Virus record (IMG/VR): IMGVR_UViG_2713897042_000007
Direction: 5' to 3' (one strand)
From: a virus
Lineage: Duplodnaviria > Heunggongvirae > Uroviricota > Caudoviricetes
Length of the DNA stretch: 32,946 nucleotides
Shown here: in pieces, positions 17,917 through 27,547 of the stretch
Numbering within the stretch: the first letter of the stretch is position 1
Layout: the number at the start of each line of letters is the position of its first letter
Program-made: the position numbers and the translations under genes
Notes under the pieces: model-generated
What the model saw: only the letters and a program-made list of their open reading frames with translations
What the model was told of the DNA's origin: nothing
The model's database searches: none

Positions 17917-18061
17917 CCCGCAGACGAACGGCGATTTAAGTGCCGATATCCGGCAGCTTGAGAACGCGCTGGCACGCTGTGCCAGCCAGGTAAAAATGAT
18001 TAAACACTGTCAGGACGAAAACGATGCTCAAACCCGACAGCCTGCGCAGGGCGCTGACTGA
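17771..18061 (+). CDS. lysC: Rz1-like outer-membrane lipoprotein spanin LysC, embedded in lysB
   Basis: 96 aa from the ATG at 17771 in the +1 frame of lysB. Signal peptide with lipobox LCAGC. Matches the P2 lysC length. Confidence 0.8.
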   Translation: MKTRIFAAGMALTCLMLCAGCTSARPAPTPVIVHNACPKVSLCPMPGIDPQTNGDLSADIRQLENALARCASQVKMIKHCQDENDAQTRQPAQGAD

Positions 18062-18491
18062 TGCCGTCACGGTGCTGAAAACAAGCCCCGAGATGCTGCG
18101 GATATTCGTGGATAACGGGAGTATTGCCTCCACACTGGCGACGTCGCTGTCATTCGAAAAGCGTTACACGCTCAATGTCATTGTGACCGATTTTACCGGT
18201 GATTTTGACCTGCTCATCGTGCCGGTGCTGGCGTGGCTGCGGGAAAATCAGCCCGACATCATGACCACCGACGAAGGTCAGAAAAAGGGCTTCACGTTTT
18301 ATGCAGACATCAACAATGACAGCAGCTTTGATATCAGCATCAGCCTGATGCTGACCGAGCGCACGCTGGTCAGTGAGGTTGACGGTGCGCTGCATGTGAA
18401 GAATATCCCGGAACCTCTGCCGCCGGAGCCGGTCACCCGCCCGGTGGAGCTTTATATCAATGGTGAACTGGTGAGCAAGTGGGATGAATGA
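18024..18491 (+). CDS. R: Tail completion protein R
   Basis: 155 aa, the P2 R length. Confidence 0.88.
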   Translation: MLKPDSLRRALTDAVTVLKTSPEMLRIFVDNGSIASTLATSLSFEKRYTLNVIVTDFTGDFDLLIVPVLAWLRENQPDIMTTDEGQKKGFTFYADINNDSSFDISISLMLTERTLVSEVDGALHVKNIPEPLPPEPVTRPVELYINGELVSKWDE

Positions 18492-18936
18492 GTTTAAGCG
18501 TTTTGAAGACCGGCTGACCGGACTTATTGAATCGCTGTCACCGTCAGGGCGTCGGCGACTGAGTGCCGAACTGGCGAAACGTCTGCGGCAGAGTCAGCAG
18601 CGTCGGGTGATGGCACAGAAAGCCCCGGACGGCACCCCCTACGCGCCACGCCAGCAGCAGAGCGCCAGAAAAAAGACCGGTCGCGTTAAGCGAAAAATGT
18701 TTGCGAAACTTATCACCAGTCGTTTTTTGCATATCCGCGCCAGCCCGGAACAGGCATCAATGGAATTTTACGGCGGGAAGTCACCGAAAATCGCCAGTGT
18801 GCATCAGTTCGGTCTGTCGGAAGAAACCCGGAAAGACGGTAAGAAAATTGATTATCCGGCGCGTCCTCTGCTCGGCTTCACCGGTGAGGATGTACAGATG
18901 ATTGAAGAGATTATCCTGGCTCACCTCGACCGTTAG
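18484..18936 (+). CDS. S: Tail completion protein S
   Basis: 150 aa, the P2 S length. Confidence 0.88.
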   Translation: MNEFKRFEDRLTGLIESLSPSGRRRLSAELAKRLRQSQQRRVMAQKAPDGTPYAPRQQQSARKKTGRVKRKMFAKLITSRFLHIRASPEQASMEFYGGKSPKIASVHQFGLSEETRKDGKKIDYPARPLLGFTGEDVQMIEEIILAHLDR

Positions 18937-19002
18937 TTGTGCCATTCCCGACACCTCATCGTCACATTGCCGCCGGTATGACCCGGCGGCATCCTTCCCG
19001 TT

Positions 19003-19638
19003 ATGAACACTCTCGCAAATATTCAGGAAATCGCGCGCGCACTGCGCAACATGATCCGCATCGGCCTTGTCGTCGAAACCGACCTTAACGCCGGTCGCTG
19101 CCGTGTGCAGACCGGCGGCATGTGCACTGACTGGCTTCAGTGGCTGACCCATCGTGCCGGTCGTTCGCGCACATGGTGGGCACCTTCCGTGGGGGAGCAG
19201 GTGCTGATTCTGGCCGTGGGCGGTGAACTCGACACGGCGTTCGTTCTGCCGGGGATTTATTCCGGCGATAACCCCGCGCCGTCTGCGTCGGCGGATGCCC
19301 TGCATATCCGTTTCCCTGACGGGGCGGTGATTGAATATGAACCTGAAACCAGTGCACTCACGGTAAGCGGAATTAAAACGGCTAGCGTGACGGCTTCTGA
19401 TTCTGTTACTGCCACGGTGCCGGTGGTCATGGTGAAAGCATCAACCCGCGTCACCCTGGACACACCGGAGGTGGTCTGCACCAACAGGCTGATTACCGGC
19501 ACGCTGGAAGTGCAGAAGGGCGGGACGATGCGCGGCAACATTGAACACACCGGCGGTGAACTCTCATCAAACGGTAAGGTACTGCATACCCATAAACACC
19601 CCGGCGACAGCGGCGGCACAACCGGGAGCCCTCTATGA
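19003..19638 (+). CDS. V: Baseplate spike protein V
   Basis: 211 aa, the P2 V length. Confidence 0.9.
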   Translation: MNTLANIQEIARALRNMIRIGLVVETDLNAGRCRVQTGGMCTDWLQWLTHRAGRSRTWWAPSVGEQVLILAVGGELDTAFVLPGIYSGDNPAPSASADALHIRFPDGAVIEYEPETSALTVSGIKTASVTASDSVTATVPVVMVKASTRVTLDTPEVVCTNRLITGTLEVQKGGTMRGNIEHTGGELSSNGKVLHTHKHPGDSGGTTGSPL

Positions 19639-19982
19639 CAGCGCGTTATCTCGGAATGAATCGCAGTGATGGCCTGACGGTCACTGACCTTGAGCATATC
19701 AGCCAGAGTATCGGCGATATCCTGCGCACACCGATCGGCTCACGGGTGATGCGTCGTGATTACGGCTCGTTGCTGGCGTCAATGATTGACCAGCCGCAGA
19801 CCCCGGCGCTTGAGTTGCAGATTAAGGTCGCCTGTTACATGGCGGTGCTGAAATGGGAACCCCGCGTCACGCTGTCATCTGTCACCACGGCGCGCAGTTT
19901 TGACGGGCGAATGACGGTCACGTTAACCGGCCAGCACAACGACACCGGCCAGCCACTTTCGTTAACCATCCCTGTGAGTTGA
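19635..19982 (+). CDS. W: Baseplate protein W (gp25-like)
   Basis: 115 aa, the P2 W length. Confidence 0.9.
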   Translation: MTARYLGMNRSDGLTVTDLEHISQSIGDILRTPIGSRVMRRDYGSLLASMIDQPQTPALELQIKVACYMAVLKWEPRVTLSSVTTARSFDGRMTVTLTGQHNDTGQPLSLTIPVS

Positions 19983-19986
19983 AACC

Positions 19987-20895
19987 ATGCCGATTATCGA
20001 CCTGAACCAGCTACCCGCACCGGATGTGGTCGAGGAGCTGGACTTTGAAACCATTCTCGCCGAACGCAAGGCGACACTGATTTCCCTTTACCCGGAAGAC
20101 CAGCAGGAGGCGGTCGCCCGTACCCTGACGCTGGAATCTGAGCCTCTCGTCAAACTGCTGGAGGAAAATGCTTATCGTGAGCTTATCTGGCGTCAGCGTG
20201 TGAATGAGGCTGCACGGGCAGTGATGCTGGCCTGTGCAGCCGGTAATGACCTTGATGTGATTGGTGCCAATTACAACACCACGCGCCTGATTATCACCCC
20301 GGCAGATGATTCGACCATCCCGCCGACACCGGCAGTGATGGAATCTGACACCGATTATCGTCTGCGTATTCAGCAGGCGTTTGAAGGTTTAAGCGTCGCC
20401 GGGTCGGTGGGTGCCTATCAGTATCATGGCCGCAGTGCCGACGGGCGTGTCGCGGATATCTCTGTCACCAGTCCGTCTCCGGCCTGCGTCACCATCTCTG
20501 TGCTGTCACGTGAGAATAACGGTGTGGCATCCGAAGACCTGCTGGCTGTGGTACGTAACGCCCTTAATGGCGAGGATGTCAGGCCGGTGGCCGACCGCGT
20601 GACCGTGCAGTCTGCCGCCATCGTTGAATACCAGATAAACGCCACGCTTTACCTTTACCCTGGTCCCGAAAGCGAACCCATCCGCGCGGCCGCAGTAAAA
20701 AAACTGGAAGCGTATATCACGGCACAGCACCGGCTGGGGCGCGACATCCGTCTGTCTGCCATTTATGCCGCTTTGCATGTGGAAGGCGTGCAGCGTGTCG
20801 AACTGACTGCACCACTGGCTGACATCGTGCTCAACAGTACGCAGGCGTCTTTCTGTACCGAATACCGCGTCGTGACCGGAGGCTCGGATGAGTGA
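19987..20895 (+). CDS. J: Baseplate protein J
   Basis: 302 aa, the P2 J length. Confidence 0.9.
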   Translation: MPIIDLNQLPAPDVVEELDFETILAERKATLISLYPEDQQEAVARTLTLESEPLVKLLEENAYRELIWRQRVNEAARAVMLACAAGNDLDVIGANYNTTRLIITPADDSTIPPTPAVMESDTDYRLRIQQAFEGLSVAGSVGAYQYHGRSADGRVADISVTSPSPACVTISVLSRENNGVASEDLLAVVRNALNGEDVRPVADRVTVQSAAIVEYQINATLYLYPGPESEPIRAAAVKKLEAYITAQHRLGRDIRLSAIYAALHVEGVQRVELTAPLADIVLNSTQASFCTEYRVVTGGSDE

Positions 20896-21418
20896 TTCGC
20901 GACTGCTGCCGACCGGCTCATCACCGCTTGAAGTTGCTGCCGCAAAAGCCTGTGCGGAAATTGAAAAAACGCCGGTCAGTATTCGTGAGCTGTGGAACCC
21001 GGATACCTGTCCGGCAAATCTGCTGCCGTGGCTGGCGTGGGCGTTTTCGGTCGACAGGTGGGATGAAAAGTGGCCGGAAGCGACAAAACGCGCCGTTATC
21101 CGCGATGCGTATTTCATTCATTGTCATAAAGGCACTGTCGGCGCAATCCGGCGTGTGGTGGAGCCGCTCGGCTATCTCATTAACGTAAAGGAATGGTGGG
21201 AGACAAACGACCCGCCCGGAACCTTTCGCCTTGATATCGGTGTGCTGGAAAGCGGTATCACGGAGGAGATGTATCTGGAAATGGAACGGCTGATTGCCGA
21301 TGCCAAACCCGCAAGTCGCCACCTTATCGGTCTGAACATTATCCAGGACATTCCCGGCTATCTGTATACAGGCGGTGTGGTCTGTGATGGTGATGTTATT
21401 ACTGTTTATCCCGGATAA
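20888..21418 (+). CDS. I: Baseplate/tail protein I
   Basis: 176 aa, the P2 I length. Confidence 0.9.
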   Translation: MSDSRLLPTGSSPLEVAAAKACAEIEKTPVSIRELWNPDTCPANLLPWLAWAFSVDRWDEKWPEATKRAVIRDAYFIHCHKGTVGAIRRVVEPLGYLINVKEWWETNDPPGTFRLDIGVLESGITEEMYLEMERLIADAKPASRHLIGLNIIQDIPGYLYTGGVVCDGDVITVYPG

Positions 21419-21428
21419 GTGAGAAACA

Positions 21429-24170
21429 ATGAGCACGAAATTTAAAACCGTTATCACTACTGCCGGAGCCGCAAAGCTGGCAGCCGCCACTGTCCCCGGC
21501 GGGAAAAAAGTAAACCTGTCTGCAATGGCCGTGGGTGACGGTAATGGCAAATTGCCGGTGCCGGATGTCGGTCAGACGAAACTGGTGCATGAGGTCTGGC
21601 GTCACGCTCTGAATAAAGTCAGCGTGGATAACAAGAATAAAAACTATATCGTGGCTGAACTGGTTGTACCGCCCGAAGTGGGCGGCTTCTGGATGCGTGA
21701 ACTTGGTCTGTATGACGATGCCGGAACACTGATTGCGGTATCCAACATGGCAGAAAGCTATAAGCCAGAACTGGCTGAAGGCTCCGGACGTGCGCAGGCC
21801 TGCCGCATGGTTATTATTCTCAGCAACGTGGCGTCCGTTGAGCTGAGTATTGATGCCAGCACAGTGATGGCGACGCAGGATTACGTCGATGACAAAATCG
21901 CAGAGCATGAGCAGTCCCGCCGCCATCCTGACGCCACGCTGACAGAAAAAGGTTTTACTCAGTTAAGCAGTGCAACAAACAGCACCAGTGAAAAGCTGGC
22001 GGCAACGCCAAAAGCGGTCAAGGTAGCAAATGACAACGCAAATTCACGTCTGGCGAAAAATCAGAACGGTGCAGATATCCAGGATAAATCAGCTTTTCTG
22101 GACAATATTGGCGTTACCAGCCTGACGTTTATGAAACACAATGGAATGATTCCAACCACTGACAATCTTGACTCCTATGGCCCAGAAGAAAAATATCTTG
22201 GAACGTGGTCATGTCCGTCACAATCCACTGCAAAACCAGAGTCTGGTTACCCTGAAGATAAAGGCAATGGGGTTCTGGAAGTATTCAATGCTGGTCGCTT
22301 TCACTGCACACAACGCTACACCACCCGAACCGGTAATATTTACATTCGGATGCTTGATGCAGAATGGAACCCAGCCAGTCCAACATGGAGTGCATGGAGA
22401 GTTATTACAAGCGGGACTCGACCATTAAGCACGTCAATTGACCTGAATTCTTTAGGTGGCGCGGAACACCTAGGAATATGGCGCAATAGCAGTACATCAA
22501 TAGCCTCATTTGAACGTCATTTCCCGGAGGACGGGAGCTTTGGTCAGGGTATTCTGGAAGTCTTTGAAGGCGGTCTGTATGGGAGAATGCAACGTTACAC
22601 CACCCGTAGTGGGACTATGTACATTCGCGGACTGACTGCCCCATGGGATGCAGAGAATCCACAATGGGAGGACTGGATTGCTGTTGGGTATCAGTCCACG
22701 GGATGGACTTATTCAGGGGATCTTGATGACCTTTTAAAGCCTGGTATTTATAGCGTCACGAAACAGGCCACAAATGCACCAGTCACCGACTCTAAAGATC
22801 TTGCTGTTGGCTCAATAGTTGAAGTGAAAAAACGTTGTGATATTGAATCGTATATCCAGACATATACGACAGTTTCTGCAACGGATGCCTATAAAAACCG
22901 GACATTTCAACGAACTCGTGCCAGCGGTGAAGCTGACTGGGGGGAATGGGCGGAAGTTTACAACTCAAAATCATTACTCACTAAATTAGGTGTCGGCGGT
23001 GTTACCGACAGGTTATCCAGTCTGGACTGGCAGACCTACGACTTTGTGCCGGGCAGCATGATAACTGTCAGACTCTCCGATATGACCAATATCCCCGATG
23101 GGATGGAATGGGGCGTCATTGATACTAACCTGATAAATATCACTGTTGGCCCCAGTGAAGGTGGAGGTGTCGCCCGTTCAATGCAGGTATGGCGCAGCAC
23201 CTCAAACAAAACCAACTATCGTTTTTTTACAGTCCGCTTATATGGCAATCCTGGGGAGCGTAGCTTCAATATTCGTCGGCTACCAATTATCGACGAAGCC
23301 CAGACATGGGAGGCAAAACAGACATTCAGTGCAGGCCTTTCTGGTGAACTGTCCGGCAATGCGGCGACAGCAACAAAGCTGAAAACAGCCCGTAAAATTA
23401 ATAACGTTTCGTTTGATGGAACATCAGATATTAACCTGACGCCGAAAAATATTGGTGCATTTGCTTCAGGAAAAACAGGAGACACCGTTGCGAATGATAA
23501 AGCCGTTGGATGGAACTGGAGTAGCGGAGCCTATAACGCAACTACTGGTGGGGCATCAACGTTAATTCTTCATTTTAATATCGGTGAAGGTAGTTGTCCC
23601 GCAGCCCAGTTCCGCGTTAATTATAAGAACGGCGGTATTTTTTATCGTTCTGCTCGTGATGGTTACGGATTCGAGGCTGACTGGTCTGAGTTTTATACCA
23701 CAACGCGAAAACCTACAGCGGGAGATGTTGGTGCACTGTCGTTATCTGGTGGTCAATTGAATGGTGCACTGGGCATCGGAACATCCAGTGCTCTTGGCGG
23801 TAATTCGATTGTTTTGGGTGATAATGACACGGGCTTTAAACAAAATGGTGATGGTAATCTGGATGTTTATGCTAATAGCGTCCATGTTATGCGCTTTGTC
23901 TCCGGAAGCATTCAAAGTAATAAAACCATAAATATTACGGGGCGTGTTAATCCTTCGGATTACGGTAACTTTGATTCCCGCTATGTGAGAGATGTCAGAC
24001 TTGGCACTCGTGTTGTTCAGACCATGCAGAAAGGGGTGATGTATGAGAAAGCAGGGCACGTAATTACAGGGCTTGGTATTGTCGGTGAAGTCGATGGTGA
24101 TGACCCCGCAGTATTCAGACCAATACAAAAATACATCAATGGCACATGGTATAACGTTGCACAGGTGTAA
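21429..24170 (+). CDS. H: Tail fiber protein H (enlarged, mosaic)
   Basis: 913 aa, against about 669 aa for P2 H as I recall. Conserved N-terminal region, three tandem repeats of about 100 aa in the middle, and a C-terminal region (GNAATATKLKTARKINNVSFDGTSDINLT) of the kind seen in Mu/P1/lambda side tail fibers. Confidence 0.88.
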   Translation: MSTKFKTVITTAGAAKLAAATVPGGKKVNLSAMAVGDGNGKLPVPDVGQTKLVHEVWRHALNKVSVDNKNKNYIVAELVVPPEVGGFWMRELGLYDDAGTLIAVSNMAESYKPELAEGSGRAQACRMVIILSNVASVELSIDASTVMATQDYVDDKIAEHEQSRRHPDATLTEKGFTQLSSATNSTSEKLAATPKAVKVANDNANSRLAKNQNGADIQDKSAFLDNIGVTSLTFMKHNGMIPTTDNLDSYGPEEKYLGTWSCPSQSTAKPESGYPEDKGNGVLEVFNAGRFHCTQRYTTRTGNIYIRMLDAEWNPASPTWSAWRVITSGTRPLSTSIDLNSLGGAEHLGIWRNSSTSIASFERHFPEDGSFGQGILEVFEGGLYGRMQRYTTRSGTMYIRGLTAPWDAENPQWEDWIAVGYQSTGWTYSGDLDDLLKPGIYSVTKQATNAPVTDSKDLAVGSIVEVKKRCDIESYIQTYTTVSATDAYKNRTFQRTRASGEADWGEWAEVYNSKSLLTKLGVGGVTDRLSSLDWQTYDFVPGSMITVRLSDMTNIPDGMEWGVIDTNLINITVGPSEGGGVARSMQVWRSTSNKTNYRFFTVRLYGNPGERSFNIRRLPIIDEAQTWEAKQTFSAGLSGELSGNAATATKLKTARKINNVSFDGTSDINLTPKNIGAFASGKTGDTVANDKAVGWNWSSGAYNATTGGASTLILHFNIGEGSCPAAQFRVNYKNGGIFYRSARDGYGFEADWSEFYTTTRKPTAGDVGALSLSGGQLNGALGIGTSSALGGNSIVLGDNDTGFKQNGDGNLDVYANSVHVMRFVSGSIQSNKTINITGRVNPSDYGNFDSRYVRDVRLGTRVVQTMQKGVMYEKAGHVITGLGIVGEVDGDDPAVFRPIQKYINGTWYNVAQV

Positions 24171-24173
24171 TTT

Positions 24174-24701
24174 ATGCAGCATTTAAAAAATATTACTGCG
24201 GGTAATCCAAAAACTGTTGCCCAATATCAACTGACAAAAAATTTTGATGTTATCTGGTTATGGTCCGAAGAGGGAAAAAACTGGTATGAGGAAGTAAGTA
24301 ATTTTCAGGAAGACACGATAAAGATTGTTTACGACGAGAATAATATAATTGTCGGCATCACCAGAGATGCTTCAACGCTTAACCCTGAAGGTTTTAGCGT
24401 TGTCGAGGTTCCTGATATTACCGCCAACCGACGTGCTGATGACTCAGGTAAATGGATGTTTAAGGATGGTGCTGTGATTAAGCGGATTTATACGGCAGAC
24501 GAACAGCTGCAACTGGCGGAATTACAGAAGTCAGCTTTGCTTTCCGAAGCTGAAACTATCATTCAGCCACTGGAACGCTCTGTCAGACTGAATATGGCAA
24601 CAGATGAGGAGCGTAGCCGACTGGAAGCATGGGAACGCTACAGTGTTCTGGTCAGCCGTGTGGATCCTGCAAATCCTGAATGGCCGGAAATGCCGCAATA
24701 A
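24174..24701 (+). CDS. G: Tail fiber assembly chaperone G
   Basis: 175 aa, the P2 G length, immediately after H. Confidence 0.88.
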   Translation: MQHLKNITAGNPKTVAQYQLTKNFDVIWLWSEEGKNWYEEVSNFQEDTIKIVYDENNIIVGITRDASTLNPEGFSVVEVPDITANRRADDSGKWMFKDGAVIKRIYTADEQLQLAELQKSALLSEAETIIQPLERSVRLNMATDEERSRLEAWERYSVLVSRVDPANPEWPEMPQ

Positions 24702-24735
24702 GTTGTATGATCTCTGGAGTGAGCTAACGTATCTA

Positions 24736-24890
24736 TAGCACAGAGTAAAGCCTAATCTGACAGTCTGCTCTGTGCTAGGAGCGGACTGACCTGCTCCCCG
24801 ATGATTAATACACAGCTATGCTAGTAATGTCCGTAGATCGCTGTGTGTTGCATCCATCGGTTGAACTCACAGTCCAAACCAGACTGTCAG
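24736..24890. repeat. Inverted-repeat-rich non-coding leader
   Basis: 10-bp perfect stem TAGCACAGAG (24736-24745) / CTCTGTGCTA (24768-24777). 11-bp inverted pair CTGACAGTCTG (24757-24767) / CAGACTGTCAG (24880-24890). No ORF in the track covers this region. Confidence 0.6.
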
Positions 24891-25122
24891 CTTTGATTAG
24901 ATTCTACCTACTCAACCTGTCAGATAAGGTCTGAGCTAATACATCTAATATATGGCTTTGTGCAGGGGACGGCTATCGCGAACGTTAGGCCAGGTATCTG
25001 AATACGCACAGTTCACTTGGTTGTACTTCTTGCACTGATCTGCTATCCCGCACAGCTATTTATAGGTAATCTTCAGTGTATAATCTGCCAACTTATGGAA
25101 GCTTGTACAACAGGAGAAATAT

Positions 25123-25965
25123 ATGAAAAAAGAATTGTTTGGACGTTGCCCGTTTGATCTTGACGAAGATGTAAAAAAAATAGCCGCGATAAATAAATAT
25201 ATCCATGCAAAATTTGAGGAGCATAAAAATAAAATAGACAACCTAAAGGGTGTGGAACAAAAATTGATGGTCTTACAGTACTTTAATGTACTGAATGAAC
25301 TTAGTAATCAGGCTATCTCTTCTTTGAATATAGGAGCCTTTTCAGCATCGGAAGTATTAGCTAGGGTTATAATAGAACAGGCTGCCAATCAATTTTATAT
25401 AGCAATAGATGATGGCGAAAATGCACAAGCGTTACTCAAGGCTAGTAAGAAATTAGTTCATAGTAATGGAAAACGGTGGCTGGAGTGTTTAAAATCCAAA
25501 GGAATGACTAATCCAGCAGCAAATGAAAGGATTCGCATGGGAAAAGAACTAACTGATCTATTTAATAGATTGTGGCCAAATACACCTGAATATCCAGGAA
25601 CCAGAAAACTTTTTGAATTAATTGGCTGGGAAACACACTATCATGCCCATTACGTTCCCCTTTGTGATTCAATACATACATTCTCTGATGATATGGTAAA
25701 TATAGTATCTCTATATAATGCAATCCAAAGTGATGAAACTACTGCTATCGAATTCATTCTTGCAGTTAAACAAGAAAATAAACGGCTGGCAATTTATAAT
25801 TTTGTAATTGCTACGGCCCTTCGGTGTGAGGCCTTAGTAAATGTATTTAACTCTTTAGGTTATCAGGATATTATAACAGAAATGACACCAACAATAGATA
25901 CAGTCAACCAGACTATAATTCGATATGATGATTTTGATCATTCCAGAATTGATGATTGTCAATAA
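25123..25965 (+). CDS. Hypothetical cargo protein (position of P2 Z/fun)
   Basis: 280-aa ORF with AGGAGA RBS and a TATAAT-like element about 40 bp upstream. Strongly AT-rich. No catalytic motif I can recognise. Confidence 0.7.
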   Translation: MKKELFGRCPFDLDEDVKKIAAINKYIHAKFEEHKNKIDNLKGVEQKLMVLQYFNVLNELSNQAISSLNIGAFSASEVLARVIIEQAANQFYIAIDDGENAQALLKASKKLVHSNGKRWLECLKSKGMTNPAANERIRMGKELTDLFNRLWPNTPEYPGTRKLFELIGWETHYHAHYVPLCDSIHTFSDDMVNIVSLYNAIQSDETTAIEFILAVKQENKRLAIYNFVIATALRCEALVNVFNSLGYQDIITEMTPTIDTVNQTIIRYDDFDHSRIDDCQ

Positions 25966-26071
25966 TTAATTGACAGAATACGTACATGCGCAACAACTAG
26001 TGATAGTTGACTTATTTTCGCTCTTGAGAGACAACCATACTCAAATCTCCCACATTGCAGGAGATTTGAAT

Positions 26072-26179
26072 ATGAAAACATCACCGTGGAATAAAGACCG
26101 TACCATCGGTCAAAAAAGGCCACTTCAGATATCTCATATCTGGGGGATCCGGATTAGACTTGAGTTGGAAGGTAAATAA
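26072..26179 (+). CDS. Possible small basic peptide
   Basis: 35-aa ORF (MKTSPWNKDRTIGQKRPLQISHIWGIRIRLELEGK) with AGGAGA 8 nt upstream. A weak GGGCA/TGCCC hairpin plus T-rich tract follows. Confidence 0.3.
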   Translation: MKTSPWNKDRTIGQKRPLQISHIWGIRIRLELEGK

Positions 26180-26344
26180 ATTGTCAGTCGGAAAATAAGT
26201 GAGTACAAATTAGGGCAGGTGAGCGAATTGCCCGCCTTTTCTTTACCGGTGGTTGTGCTGTCGATTAGCCAACCGGGACAAATAGCCTGACATCTCCGGC
26301 ACAACTGAAAATACCACTCACCCATTAACCACGGAGTTAAACGG

Positions 26345-27535
26345 ATGAGCGACTATCATCATGGCGTGCAGGTGCTGGAGATTAACGACGGCACCCGCGT
26401 CATTTCCACCGTATCCACCGCCATTGTCGGCATGGTCTGCACGGCCAGCGATGCGGATGCGGAAATCTTCCCCCTCAATAAACCGGTGCTGATCACCAAT
26501 GTGCAGAGCGCAATTGCAAAGGCCGGTAAAAAAGGCACGCTGGCGGCATCGTTGCAGGCCATCGCTGACCAGTCAAAACCGGTCACCGTTGTCGTGCGCG
26601 TGGAAGACGGAACCGGCGACGACGAAGAAACGAAACTCGCGCAGACCGTTTCCAATATTATCGGCACCACCGACGAAAACGGTCAGTACACCGGACTGAA
26701 AGCCCTGCTGGCGGCGGAGTCGGTAACCGGTGTTAAACCGCGCATTCTCGGTGTGCCGGGACTGGACACCAAAGAGGTGGCTGTTGCACTGGCATCAGTC
26801 TGTCAGAAGCTGCGCGCTTTCGGGTATATCAGCGCATGGGGCTGTAAAACCATTTCCGAGGTGAAAGCCTACCGTCAGAATTTCAGCCAGCGTGAGCTGA
26901 TGGTCATCTGGCCGGATTTCCTCGCATGGGATACGGTCACCAGTACCACCGCCACCGCGTATGCCACCGCCCGTGCACTGGGCTTGCGCGCTAAAATCGA
27001 CCAGGAGCAGGGCTGGCATAAAACACTGTCCAACGTCGGGGTGAACGGTGTTACCGGCATCAGCGCATCTGTATTCTGGGATTTGCAGGAGTCCGGCACT
27101 GATGCTGACCTGCTTAACGAGTCAGGCGTCACAACGCTGATTCGCCGTGATGGTTTCCGCTTCTGGGGTAACCGTACCTGCTCTGATGACCCGCTGTTCC
27201 TCTTTGAAAACTACACCCGCACCGCGCAGGTGCTGGCCGACACGATGGCTGAGGCGCACATGTGGGCGGTGGACAAGCCCATCACCGCAACGCTGATTCG
27301 CGACATCGTTGACGGCATCAATGCCAAATTCCGTGAGCTGAAAACAAACGGCTATATCGTGGATGCGACCTGCTGGTTCAGCGAAGAATCCAACGATGCG
27401 GAAACCCTCAAGGCCGGAAAACTGTATATCGACTACGACTATACACCGGTGCCTCCTCTCGAAAACCTGACCCTGCGCCAGCGTATTACCGATAAATACC
27501 TGGCAAATCTGGTCACTTCGGTTAACAGCAATTAA
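26345..27535 (+). CDS. FI: Contractile tail sheath protein
   Basis: 396 aa, the P2 FI length. Confidence 0.93.
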   Translation: MSDYHHGVQVLEINDGTRVISTVSTAIVGMVCTASDADAEIFPLNKPVLITNVQSAIAKAGKKGTLAASLQAIADQSKPVTVVVRVEDGTGDDEETKLAQTVSNIIGTTDENGQYTGLKALLAAESVTGVKPRILGVPGLDTKEVAVALASVCQKLRAFGYISAWGCKTISEVKAYRQNFSQRELMVIWPDFLAWDTVTSTTATAYATARALGLRAKIDQEQGWHKTLSNVGVNGVTGISASVFWDLQESGTDADLLNESGVTTLIRRDGFRFWGNRTCSDDPLFLFENYTRTAQVLADTMAEAHMWAVDKPITATLIRDIVDGINAKFRELKTNGYIVDATCWFSEESNDAETLKAGKLYIDYDYTPVPPLENLTLRQRITDKYLANLVTSVNSN

Positions 27536-27547
27536 GGAGCCTGACCG

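Noticed and set aside
20411-21926. Long antisense ORFs over the baseplate genes J, I and the start of H (20506-21117, 20921-21550, 21399-21926).
   Set aside because: Fully overlapped by genes that match P2 in length and position. Treated as frame artefacts.
25123-25965. Possibility that the 280-aa cargo protein is a retron-type reverse transcriptase, given the structured RNA-like leader upstream and a YDD tripeptide near its C-terminus.
   Set aside because: The YDD lies in the last ~15 residues, not in a central motif, and I see no other reverse transcriptase motifs. The ncRNA idea for the leader is kept as a separate finding.
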